A DNA stretch of 64,000 bases, taken from the NCBI RefSeq assembly GCF_004010195.1, contig NC_057718.1, positions 62,604,311 to 62,668,310 on the forward strand, in the 5' to 3' direction. This stretch comes from Chiloscyllium plagiosum (taxonomy: Eukaryota). The notes beneath the pieces were generated by a model. The model was not told the origin of the DNA, did not search any database, and was given only the letters and a program-made list of their open reading frames with translations. Positions 25,126 through 36,729 of the stretch are shown in pieces. The number at the start of each line of letters is the position of its first letter. Positions within the stretch are counted from its first letter, which is position 1. The position numbers and the translations under genes were made by a program.

Positions 25126-25720
25126 CTACGTCCAATAATCTTCAGTGGACCCAGAAAGGGGGTAGAGGCTAGCACCCGGCATAATTCTCGCTGTCAATAC
25201 TTTACAACGTAAGGACAGCCATAATAATGCAGTAAGCATTGACAATATCAGTGAACATGAAGAAGGCATGCAAAAGATACGAACTCCAAGATACACCTTG
25301 TAGCCATTCCTCGCCACCCCAGGGGGATTGTAATCATGAAACTGTTTGCCTTTCTGCCAGATTTTATCAGCCTCCAGGCAGATGTGATTCGCTAGGTTAG
25401 TTATTTTGTCCGAGGCGTCCAAAATGTACGTGCAGCATTCTAGGATGATAACAGCTCAGGTTGCACTGTGTGCCACTAGTACATCGTCAAAGGCCAAACA
25501 GTTCTGCAACACAACAGTACAGGTGGCAACAATCTCAGCCGACACTTCAGAGCTGGCCATACTAATGGCTGCAAAGTCATCAGCAATCTCATTAGCCAAC
25601 CTTTCTAAGGTTAAGGCCATATTGATCAGTTCCGTAGCAGCCTTAGCAGTCCCATAGGTGGTGAAGGCGATCATAAAGAATTGTTCAGTCTCAGTGATGG
25701 ACCAATTGGATCAAAGTAGG
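25126..25720 (-). pseudogene. env: Endogenous retrovirus env, transmembrane subunit (gamma-type)
   Basis: One frame: fusion-peptide/heptad region, ISD-like VLQNCLAFDDVLVA, then T*AVIILECCTYI, which is CX6CC with the first Cys mutated to TGA (25456-25458). Confidence 0.88.
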
Positions 25721-25759
25721 TGTATGTTGGAATGAAGGCAGAGGGATCGTTTTACCAGT

Positions 25760-26200
25760 ACAGAGGAAGCTCAATTATCCGAATATCAATTATCTGAATT
25801 TCGGATTATCCGAAGAAAATCTCAAGGTCCCGATAGAAACATTACATCAACTGATTGCGTCTTCTGTTTACAATGATTAAAATCAAACACGGCTTACTGA
25901 AATGCTGCTGAGAACAGTCCTGGGCATCAATGGGAGCCTAGGCAGATGGGGCGGGCATGTGACGGATGGGGGGGAGACAGTGGGGATGGAGTTGGACAAG
26001 ATTGGGGGTAGACTGGGGTGTGTTGGTGGGGGTGGGGTTGGACAGGGTGGGGGGGCGGATGGGGGGGCTGACGGGGACGACGGCAAGGCGGCCGAGTCAG
26101 TGTTGGACGGGGTGGGAGGCACACACATGGTGTGCTACTGCCTAGTCTCCTGAGCAGGGAGTGGACTTAGCAAGTGCTCGCTATGTCAATCCCATTGAAC
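25760..26200 (+). mobile_element. Tigger/pogo-like DNA element terminus with G-rich interior
   Basis: TA|cagaggaagctcaattatccgaa...; matches the reverse complement of 31890-31965. Confidence 0.7.
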
Positions 26201-27900
26201 TGATGGAGGGGTGGTGTTTGCTGAAGGCTTCAGCAATGCTGCAGGTCCCTTACAGCAAGTGTGTCTCTGCTCAGAAACAAACTCTGAGACAGCATGGATT
26301 TAGTTGGTGGCAAAAGAACAACCTCCGATTTTGCCCTTCGCATGTTATAAACTGTGCGTAATTTTCCCGTATTTAACATTTTTACGAGGGTGTGTTTGGT
26401 ATGCAAGACTATATTCCCTGTCATCAGAATAAGCTCACTCACCCTCACAGCCCACGCAGAACAGTCTAAAGCAGCCATACATCTGGGCAAGCCATTCATA
26501 GAACATAGAACATAGAAGAATACAGCGCAGTACAGGCCCTTTGGCCCTCGATGTTGCGCCGATCCAAGCCCACCTAACCTATACTAACCCACTATCCTCC
26601 ATATACCTATCCAATGCCCGCTTAAATGCCCATAAAGAGGGAGAGTCCACCACTGCTACTGGCAGGGCATTCCATGAACTTACGACTCGCTGAGTGAAGA
26701 ACCTACTCAGCCCCAGGTGCCTCAGTCTTTCCTCATACGATTTTCCTTTCATACCAGGCAACATCCTGGTAAACCTCCTCTGCACCCGTTCCAGTGCCTC
26801 CACATCCTTCCTATAGTATGGCGACCAAAACTGCACACAATATTCCAGATGCGGCCGCACCAGAGTCTTATACAACTGCATCATGACCTCAGGACTCCGG
26901 AACTCAATTCCTCTACCAATAAAAGCCAGTACGCCATATGCCTTCCTCACCGCACTATTTACCTGGGTGGCAACTTTCAGAGATCTGTGTACATGGACAC
27001 CAAGATCCCTCTGCTCATCCACACTACCAAGTATCCGACCATTAGCCCAGTACCCCATCTTTTTGTTTTTCTTCCCAAAGTGAATCACCTCACACTTAGC
27101 TACATTGAATTCCATTTGCCACCTTTCTGCCCAGCTCTGCAGCTTCTCTATATCCTGCTGTAACCTGCCACATCCTTCACTACAGGACCACCATTCACTA
27201 CGGGACCCTCAGCAGCATAAGAGTACCCTATAGGTCACCTTTGTTCGCCATGGAGCTGCGTTACTACTGCTTAGTAAAAACCTCCCTCTTCGTTGCAGTA
27301 AATGTGGAATTCTTTACTAGCATCTGGTAATCCCAGTCCCGGTGCTGAGATTAACTCCACTTTCAGTTTTGTATAAGAGTCGTCTTGCTCCAGCCCCCAG
27401 TCAACAGGGCCTGTTGCAGGTTTACTCCCTTTTACCAATTGTTGTATGGGCTCGACCAGTTCGGCAAACTCAGGGATAAAGTTTCTGCAGTAATTAAACA
27501 AGCCCAAGACCTTTCTCATACCATGGACTGTTACGGGCCATGGCATCTGTTGTATAGCTGGCTTCCTGTCTGCAAGCATTTCTTTCATGCCTTGGGAAAT
27601 TAAATGTCCCAAGTAAAGAACTCTAGTTTTCCCAATGTGAGCTTTCTCTAGCTGGCTTTTAACCCTCTGTCCTGCAAGTGCTTCAGGACTAAGTATAGCA
27701 CCTCCTGATGTCTTGGTTTGGATTCAGAAGCCAGGAGGATGTCATCGATATATTGGACTATTATACTGCCATGTGGCAGGTCAATCTCCCTGAGTACGTC
27801 ACTCATTATACAGTGAAAGATGGCTGGACTATTATGGAATCTCTAAGAAAGTCTTGTCCAAATATACTGTTTATCATCTGTCAGCCAGGGTTCCCTCATT
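26200..27900 (-). pseudogene. pol: Endogenous retrovirus pol fragment (RT and connection), split by a CR1
   Basis: WTRLS*RFHNSPAIF, VQYIDDILLA (YIDD at 27741-27752), LGLFNYCRNFIPEFA, SAPGLGLPDASKEF, PVVNG|LPRC. Confidence 0.88.
26499..27190 (-). mobile_element. Young CR1 insertion with internal deletion and 7-bp TSD
   Basis: ORF 26579-27115 is CR1 RT C-terminus; (catagaa)n tail; TSD ccattca at 26492-26498/27191-27197. Confidence 0.92.
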
Positions 27901-28331
27901 GGTCTGTTAACCACACTCTACCACCTAACTGACCTCATTGCAATCACTACACTCTGCAATGTGATCTGAATATTTCCCCTGTCCTGAGCTGACCTACCAT
28001 TTGTCGCCCTATATTCTTCAGTTAACCAACCGTCACCCAATGCCCTCTCCTATCCATATGATATCCCACCCTCACCCAATTACGTTCCCTTTATAGCTGG
28101 TCAAAGTGCCTATTAGACTTTTATATCCTATAATATGGCACTTACTGTGGTAAGAAGGGTCATGCTTTGGATTCCCTCGTAAATTTACTTTGCAAGGATA
28201 ATCGAGGTACCCTCTGCATTGCACAAGATGCTCAGTTCAGAAGTTTTGGGCCAGAAATGCAGAAAGAGAAAAGGTGATCTGACAGTGTTTGCCACTTCTT
28301 ACCATGTGAATTATTATTTTTGTACCTTCAG

Positions 28332-29605
28332 CTGAGAAAGGTGACTAACCTGAATAGGCCAAAGAAGTGCAATAGAGAACTTTATGTCAGAACCAGAGAA
28401 CAAATGGACTGAATTTGTTTTATTTTCTTGAACCTAGGTCCAAAGCCCGCTTTTCACAGATGCGTCCAACATAGTGGATTCCAAGAACTAAAAAGGATGA
28501 TTCTTTGATTTTTTGAGATGATTAATTAATAAATACTGAACTGCACCATAATTTAAATCTGCATGTATACTTGCATAATTAAATATCTATACATGTACAA
28601 CCAGCTGATGGTTTTCCTAATTTTGCAGTGGTATATACTTGAACCATATCAGATAGATGCAACCACATTAATTCCACTTATTATGTTAGCTGTTCTGCAT
28701 CTATTAGTATTCAGATTAGTTCAGATAGCTTAATTACATTTATGTCATAAATTTGTACCTTTTCCTACTTTCAGTGTGGCTTTTCTGGTTGTCCAAAACT
28801 ACAGTGAATTAATTATTAGAACTGTGAACTGCAGTTTAGTAATTCTCCTACTATTACTCAATGTTAAAAAGCTTGAACTTGCAAAATTCTGAAACTTAAG
28901 TTGCTGGACAACTGATCCTGAAACAAAATATCTTAATTTGAGAAAACTGGTTAGCAGCCATCATGAATTTAGAAAAGTGGATTCTTTGTTTATAGCTACC
29001 CAAGGTTCTTGTGGCTGTGTAGTACCTTTCCAGATATCCTTGAAGTGATATGATCTAGACCTTTATTTATAGAGAGATTGTTTTCATAACATCCTTCTTT
29101 GTTTTTAAACTTCAATCTCAGTTTATGAAATCTAAATATTGGTACTTTAAAATTCTTTGGAATTCAATTTTGTACTGTAATTTCTGAAATAAGTTTTTGG
29201 GAATTTTAAAAGCCATTTCTGACATTCTGCACTTAAAATAGCTTATACAATGTAATAAAGTCTATACCCTTTTAAGGGCTTCTAGTAGACTAGATACCAA
29301 TTTTAAAGATACAAGTTATGAAAATAAATACATGGAGGAATACATGCTGTCTTCATTTATATCACTATAAGTATGAAATTGTTTAGTGCAGAGGATTAGA
29401 AAATAATGGAGATGTATATCGAAGAACTTTAAGATCGAGTTTTGAATTGCAGTCAACTGTCTTTCCACACAATGTGCTTTATGTTGCATATTTGTTGATT
29501 GCTTAAAGTGAAACTTGCATTCATGCTTACTGTATATATTTTCTTTACACACAAACTACATGGTTGACAATGAAGAGTGACTTCCTCAATAAAATGTAAA
29601 ATAAA
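28332..29605 (+). other. Terminal exon of gene A: stop at 28333-28335 then AT-rich 3' UTR
   Basis: Acceptor ttattttttgtaccttcag|C TGA completes AG+C (Ser) then stop. About 2 kb without recognisable repeats; AATAAA near 29254 and 29588-29605. UTR end uncertain. Confidence 0.6.
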
Positions 29606-30607
29606 CGCTGTTGTACCATAGAATTTTCAATAATATGGTGTTTCAGAAAATCAACACAATGAAACTATCTGAAAACCAAAAATGTTTCATTTGAGCAATC
29701 AGGAGGCCAAAGCAATTACAATAGCTTTATGTATTTTGGAGTTTACCCAAAAGCCCAATTTAGTACTTCATTTAGATGTCAGTTTTGATAAACTGTATAT
29801 TTTCTTTATTCTGTCAAAACTGATTCAACAACAATAATTTTGTTTAGTTATTTAAATAGTTTAAGATACTTACCTATCGTGATGTTTTAAAACGGATTAT
29901 AAATGCAACTACTGAGGAGTCGTGTTGAAGCTTATTTTGACTGACGTCATTCGATCTATTTCTAAACTTCAAATATTTTGGCATAGTTGTCAAACCGTCT
30001 GATATTGAACAAAACCTTGCTGTATCTCAGTGAAATATAGTATTAGTTAATTTATGCAATTTCTCGAATTAATTTAATTGTTTGCTGTGGTTCTGTTTTT
30101 AAAATTCCACCATTCCATCATTGTAAAAAGTCTTTTATGATGTTTTCAGTGTTGAGGTTTATGTGAAATATTCTGCATTATATGTAAGAAGCACTCACCA
30201 TGGTTTTTTAAAAAACCTTCTATGTATTATGTACCTGTGAAGTCTCGTGCATGAACAGATTGCTACCTTTTCATTTTTTTGCAAAATTGCAACAAATTTT
30301 AAAATGCATTTGAAGTACTAGTATATCTTCTTAGCATACTTTGATTTGCAAGCGGAAGTATGCTGATATTTTGAGTATCCTATTCTCTCCAAACTACATT
30401 GTTGACAATATTTCTCTCAGGAGCAAGTGCAAGTCCAGTGGATAATCTGATATGGTTGATAGACTGGATGTGAACAATTTAATTGCATTAATTGAGTCTG
30501 TTATCCTTTTTATCTGATTCTTTATCTTCCTGGAGGTTATAGTATGACAATAGAGCATGATTCTAACCAAATGCATGAATTTATGAAACCAACTCTACAA
30601 ATGTTCA

Positions 30608-31049
30608 AGCAGGAACAGATTTTGGAATCTATACTGAAAACAACAAATGCTGGAGATCACAATGGGTCAGACATTATCCATGGAGAGAGAGCAAGCTAAC
30701 GTTCTAGGTCTAGATGACTCTTCATCAGAATATTACTTGTTATGTTCTCCCATTTCTTTCCTTTCTTTTAGCTTTACTTGTTCCATTCTCAGCCACCATA
30801 TCCGCTCTACCCACCCCCCCCACCCAAGTTTCAAGTCTGCTGTTCTCACATTCAATCACTTAATCTGAACTATCAATATCTTTTCTCCACCAGCACTCCA
30901 CACCCCACCACCACCCCCCTCCAAACTATTGTATAAATGCTGTCCCCATCTACAATTCACTTCAGTTCTGATGAAGAGTCATCTAGACTTGCTCTCTCTC
31001 CCCATGGATACTGTCTGACATGCCATGTTCTCCAGCATTTGTTGTATCC
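30608..31049. mobile_element. Penelope-derived inverted-pLTR element with two opposed degenerate hammerheads and 13-bp TSD
   Basis: TSD ctacaaatgttca at 30595-30607/31050-31062. ctgatgaagagtcatctagac occurs on - (about 30708-30728) and on + (30968-30988). Confidence 0.85.
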
Positions 31050-31231
31050 CTACAAATGTTCAGCCATTTAAGTGTGGGAATATCATAGCAGAGCTGATCC
31101 TCATCTAAATGTACACAACCATGGACTTTACCAGAAAAGTGGTATATAGTGGGGCTACCAATGATCCAACTACCACAAACTAACTCAGAACAGAACTGAC
31201 ATTGCATCTTTGACTTTTCTGATCACATGGA

Positions 31232-32005
31232 TTCATGAACCCTCGATTATCCAAAGGACATGGGCAGGGTGCATTTGGTTCACTTAATCAAATTCCGGAT
31301 AATCGAATGTCGAATAACATAGTTTAACCAAGCATCGGGGCCTTGCGATCATGCCGGATAATCCGATACAGAGGAACCTCGATTATCCGAACAAGATAGG
31401 CGGGCACCATTTCGTTCAGATAATCGATTTTAGATTAAACAGGGGAAGCCATACTGATCTAATGCTGTGCTCTACCAGAGAATTGTTTAAATCTATAATT
31501 TTAATGAGTCAGCCATTTAAACAAACTAGTCTTTTCAGTCTGCAAATTACAGGTTAAACCCTTACCATGAAATTCCAGCATTGAACAAGATCCCAAACAG
31601 CATCTACGATCGCTAGACCATTTACAGTATCGGTTTCTGGAAACTCAGTATGGCGATAGAAAGACAAAAGCCCCGCCTCACGCATGCGTTTACATTCTTG
31701 GCCTTTTTTTTAAATGAACGGCCCGGTAAAGTGCTGGGAATACTGTAAAAGACTTACTTTTGCAAAGGGCTGTGTACCAACCCTTACCTAAAAAATATCC
31801 AGTCACTGATACTTGAGCTGCTTGTGTTTCTTTGTTTTTGCCAGCGTTTTCACATGTTCCTCAGTAGAGGTAAAGTGAATACACTTACATCTTTGATGTA
31901 ACATTTTGTGGGACCTTGAAATCTTCTTCAGATAACCCGATATTTGGATAATCGAGCTTTCTCTGTATGTGAATAATCGAGTGTCAGATAATCGAGTTTC
32001 TTCTT
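31232..32005. mobile_element. Tigger/pogo-like MITE with a related MITE (31369-31965) nested inside
   Basis: Inner TIRs cagaggaacctcgattatccga / ttggataatcgagctttctctg with TA on both sides. Outer ends ccctcgattatcc / gataatcgagtttcttct. Confidence 0.8.
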
Positions 32006-32418
32006 TATGTGGTACATCTGTCCATTATCCAGTTCTCATCATGAGAGCTCAGTTCACTCCTGATATTTGTATTTTCAATCACCCTTCTCATGCATGTTTT
32101 GCGACACTTCTGAAGCAAGTGGGACAGCTGGTATATAATTGATCACGCACATCACATGTTGGCAGTCAAATTATCTGGGGTCTGTTTGTCAAAATTTCAG
32201 TAAGATTAATTTAAAAATATTTAACTATTGTATATGCAAGACTCAAATAGAGATTTCCTAAAGAAAGTTTATTTTTTCAGCTGCAGAGGATGTGTAGTGT
32301 ACAACGATTCTATTCCTGTAGAATTCTACTTTTGATAAACCTCTTGTTTTTTTGCAATGAAGGTCTCATCATAATTTCTATCTCTCATCTTCCTGCATTA
32401 AAGTTGTAGAACTGTATG

Positions 32419-32730
32419 ATTAGATTAGATTACTTACAGTGTGGAAACAGGCCCTTTGGCCCAACAAGTCCACACCAACCTGCCAAAGCGCAGCCCACCC
32501 AGACCCATTCCCCTACATTTACCTCTTCACCTAACACTACGGGCAATTTACCATGGCCAATTCACCTAGCCTGCACATTTTTGGATTATGGGAGGAAACC
32601 GGAGCACCCGGAGGAAACCCACGCAGACACTGGGAGAATGTGCAAACTCCACACAGAGAGTCGCCAGAGGCGGGAATTGAACCCGGGTCTCTGGCGCTGT
32701 GAGGCAGCAGTGCTAACCACTGTGCCGCCC
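32419..32730 (-). mobile_element. HE1-type SINE
   Basis: Near-identical to 7757-8077; possible TSD actgtatg/accgtatg. Confidence 0.95.
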
Positions 32731-34125
32731 ACCGTATGTTAACCAAACAGCTCTATGATTCTGGAAAGAATTCTCTAAAATATTTATGGTAGGTTAGGAT
32801 ATCTGATCGGCATTCACGAGTTGGACTGGAGGGTCTGTTTCCGTGCTGTACATCTCTATAACTCTGTAAATCCTCTATCCATGAAATCACAAATCACACA
32901 TTCACCTATATGTGCCAAAAAACATATTAACAAAAATCAGCATCCATGGGCAAAACTGGCATATCTGCAATTTCTAACCTATTTTTAATCAGTTGTGCAT
33001 TCACAAATTTCATCATCTGCAAGGGTTCTATTCCTGAAAACCTTTACAGATACAGAAGAATGATTGTATAAATTTTCAGTTTGATCATAAAATCTGCTGT
33101 CTTAAAGCTCTCTATTGGAACAGGAACAGCTTAAGGTCATTTTCAAGGGGACTGGAAGTAAGTAGCAATGCAGTTCAGTAAACTGGTTTCCCCTCATAGC
33201 TTAGACTTAAATGAAGACTCAGTTAGTGTTAAGAAGAGTCTCTTCTAGTTAATAGCTCTAAGAATCCAATGTAAAATTATATAATCTTGTGTAAAATTGA
33301 TTAAATGAAATGCATACAATAAATTGTTGGATTTCTCCACAAAGGGTGATTGATCAAATCAGACATTCTTAGAAGTGCATAATTAATATCATAATGTTTT
33401 AACCCAAGAACATTCAGTTTTTCATATTAAAGCATATGGTTGAATGTATTATTGCAGCTATTGAAAGCATAAAATTACTTTAATGCAAATTGTAAATATT
33501 TGCTATACCCAAATTATTCAATTTTATTGCCTTGGTGTAATACAAACTTGAATTTAGATATCAAATTTGAAATTTGCTTCTGAAATAATGTAATATACTT
33601 AGACTTTCCAAAGATCATTCACTTTTATTCACATTGTAAAAGTCTATTTATTTGAAATTATTTGAAGCAAAATGTATTGCTAAAATTACTTTGTCAATTC
33701 TCCTCTGTACTCAGATACTCAGTTAACTGAGTGCTTGCATTGCAAGCAGGTTTTTAAATGAACAGAACTGTGAAAGGTAGTGGCAACAGAACAGCTAAAG
33801 GCTACATGAAGGATAAAATAGAAGAATGGAACTGGGCTTTAAACGTTTAAGTCAGCAATATGAATTATTTACATAGGATGGCATGAGATGTTTATTATCC
33901 AAATATGGAATGTCAAATCATGATGCACGGATAAATCATAACTACCTTTCTCTAATGCTTCCTTAATTAAAAATTATTTGTATAAGCTAATCTCACCAAT
34001 TGTTGGCTCACATGAAAATGAGTCTCTTATCCAGATCACAAGGGGATACAATTGTTACATTCCTGAATTATGCTGTCATACAAGGAGGTATAGAAAATTG
34101 AGTCAGTTTGCACATCATTAAGACT

Positions 34126-34412
34126 TTAGAGAGCAACTGGATCACAGAAGATATCTACACAAAAGCTCATTTTTGTACCAGTAACCACTTCTGAAGGTAT
34201 GGCTTGAAATATCTGAATTGCTTTGTTAGAGTTGATCAGTTTTTCTCTGACTGTTTTCAATATTGTGAGAGAATTGGTGCGACTTGCAAGATAAATTCTG
34301 AATGAATTAGGAAGTCCTTGAGTAGTTTTGCACAAATAATCATCACTAATATCAGTTCGCACAATTCGCTGGGGCTCCAAGTCATAAATGAATTGAGACA
34401 AGATTGAGAACT
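34126..34412 (-). CDS. Probable terminal coding exon of unidentified convergent gene B
   Basis: Strong acceptor tttttttctcccccccag|, then 94 open codons (FSILSQFIYDLEPQRIVR...FCDPVAL*) in non-repetitive DNA. Followed by about 1 kb of AT-rich UTR-like sequence with AATAAA on - near 33523-33650. Confidence 0.5.
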
Positions 34413-35320
34413 CTGGGGGGGAGAAAAAAAATTGTGTTTTTCTGTTCTTACTTTATGTACTACACTCTGCAAAGCATATATTGTGGGAAACAACACTGTA
34501 TGTATGAGATCATCTGCCAGGATCTTACCACATGAGAAAGGCCGTTTCACCACAAAAATGACACAGGTGAAAATTAGAGTGCACACAATTCACCCCTTGT
34601 CACAATGAATTTCGACTACGTTTTGGTGTTCATTGTGCCACCTGAACTATCCTTTCCAATAGCTCTGATTTGCAATTGTTGATACATTAATTATGATTTT
34701 CCAAAAAATAGGAAGTATAAACAATTTTTTTTCTGTTCCAAAGCATGAATATCAGTTCCAAAGCATAAGATCATCCTATTGGTGATATTATTAATTCAGG
34801 TCAATAAAATATCTGATTCAACATCTTCAGGAAAAGCTCAAGATAAAATTAAGTGTGGATATATGAGCAGTCTCGTGATTATACATAACATTGAGAGAGG
34901 ATCAGGAAAATATACATTATAGTAATAGATAGTTCTAAGGGGAAAAGATGATGGGTAGTAGGATTTTGAAGGCCTGGAGAAGTACCTCTTTTCCTGCCGT
35001 AACATTGCTGTGCCAGTTATCTAAAAGGACTGAGGACATGTAGAGAGGGAGGAGCAGGAAAAAGAGATGAGAAAAATATGGCCAAATGAAATTAACAGTG
35101 ACTGGTGAGAACAGGAGAACAATTCCATATTCATTATGTCATATGTAGTGCCATAAAAAGGTTTAAAGTAGTTATGACAAGCTATTTAGTGGAGGCCTAT
35201 TTTAGTGGATGTGTGAATTAAAACTAACTACCTGCTTAAATTATTCTAAATATCATTATAGCTGATTGTGGTTCTCCTACAAATTATTTTTTTAACCAGT
35301 TCCCTGCAACTGATCTTTAC

Positions 35321-35353
35321 CAGGATAAAAATGGATTTTCAACATTCCAGTAT
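35321..35353 (-). CDS. Candidate 33-nt exon of gene B (phase 1 to 1: TGMLKIHFYP)
   Basis: tctctatttacag| ... CTG|gtaaag; phase-compatible with the exon starting at 34412. Confidence 0.35.
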
Positions 35354-36112
35354 CTGTAAATAGAGACTAATCCTTTGGCAGGATTTGACCATCATAGCAG
35401 CAAGCCTTGGGAAAATGTGTCAATGGGAATTGGGAGAAACTCTCCCCTGGTTACAGTCATGCCTAACACAAATGTTGATGGTTGTGGTCATTGGAAATCA
35501 ATCATCTCAGCTCCAGGACATCTTTGCAATTCTTTAGAACAGAGTCTTAAACTCAACCATCTTCAGGGTTCTGAAGATTCCTTAAACAGCATCGTGCAAA
35601 CCCACAGTCACTACCATCTTGAAGGACAAGGGTAGAAGATACATAGGAACATTACCACCTGCAGGTTCACCTGCTAGCCACTCACTATCCTTACTTGGAA
35701 ATATATTGCCATTCCTTAAGCATCCTTTAAACCACAGATGATATTGTGTATCTAGAAGGCCACTCAACCAATATCTTCTAGGGATGGACAATTAAATTCT
35801 GGTCCAATCAGTGACAGTTACAACCCACAAATGAATAAAATAAAAAGAACCTCTACGGCAAGTAAAACCTTTTGTGCAAAATAAAGGGCCATATTAATGA
35901 GACATTACTTGAAGATGAATTTAATATTAGGTCATAGTAGCCAGCCAAAAACAATTACAACCTTTAGTTCAGTTAATGCTTTGTTTATGGTCAGCAAAGT
36001 GCTCTCAACCAATAAAATCTATAATAGATGCTGGGTTTTTTTACCCAAAAGCCATCCAGCTTTTCTGGGTATTTGTGAAGCATGGACAGGAAGGGATAGT
36101 AGCCATATATTG

Positions 36113-36723
36113 TGTGATGAAGCTGCTCCTTTAACAAGGTTATGCAGTCTTTGTGTTTTTTAAGAGAGGGTGTAACCAACACAGACTCCGAAAAGTCTGG
36201 AGGCTGAAGGGTTTTAGGGCCAATTTGATAATAGCTAATGGTTACTGCCTCAGGCAGACGTTTTCAAGTTTTAAAAAAACATTTGTACAATGAAAGGAGT
36301 GTGGCCATTTTTTTCTGGCTCAGCTTTTCTCTTTTTCTTAAGCAGTAATGTGGGAAAACTGCTGGACCCAAAAGCAGGTCCAGGCTGGTACTCTCTCTCT
36401 GACTTCTATCCTATAAGAACTTGTGTTTGATTTTACCTTTTGTGTTAAGGGGTGTTTATGGGAATTGTTGCAAGTATTTTGAATATCATCATTAAGTTGG
36501 GTTGATCTGTTGGTTTTCGGATAGGATAAGTTATTTGGTTTTCTGTTATCTGTTTGTTTACATTCAGTAATCTTGTAAATAAATTCTGTTTTAAAAAGAA
36601 GTGGTTTGACCAGCTGATTCTCTCCTGGAATATCCACTTTACAACTGCTTATAACAGGTCGCAACATTGGGGTCTGGGCTACCTTCTTGAAATTTTTTGA
36701 GGGGTCTGGCCTGGTCCGTTACA
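36113..36723 (+). mobile_element. Solo LTR (Gypsy-type)
   Basis: tgtgatga...aataaattc...ggtccgttaca; similar to 52260-52874 and 63019-63618. Confidence 0.75.
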
Positions 36724-36729
36724 ATGCGT

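Noticed and set aside
25883..26153. Pro-rich and Gly-rich ORFs
   Set aside because: By-products of the G-rich low-complexity tract.
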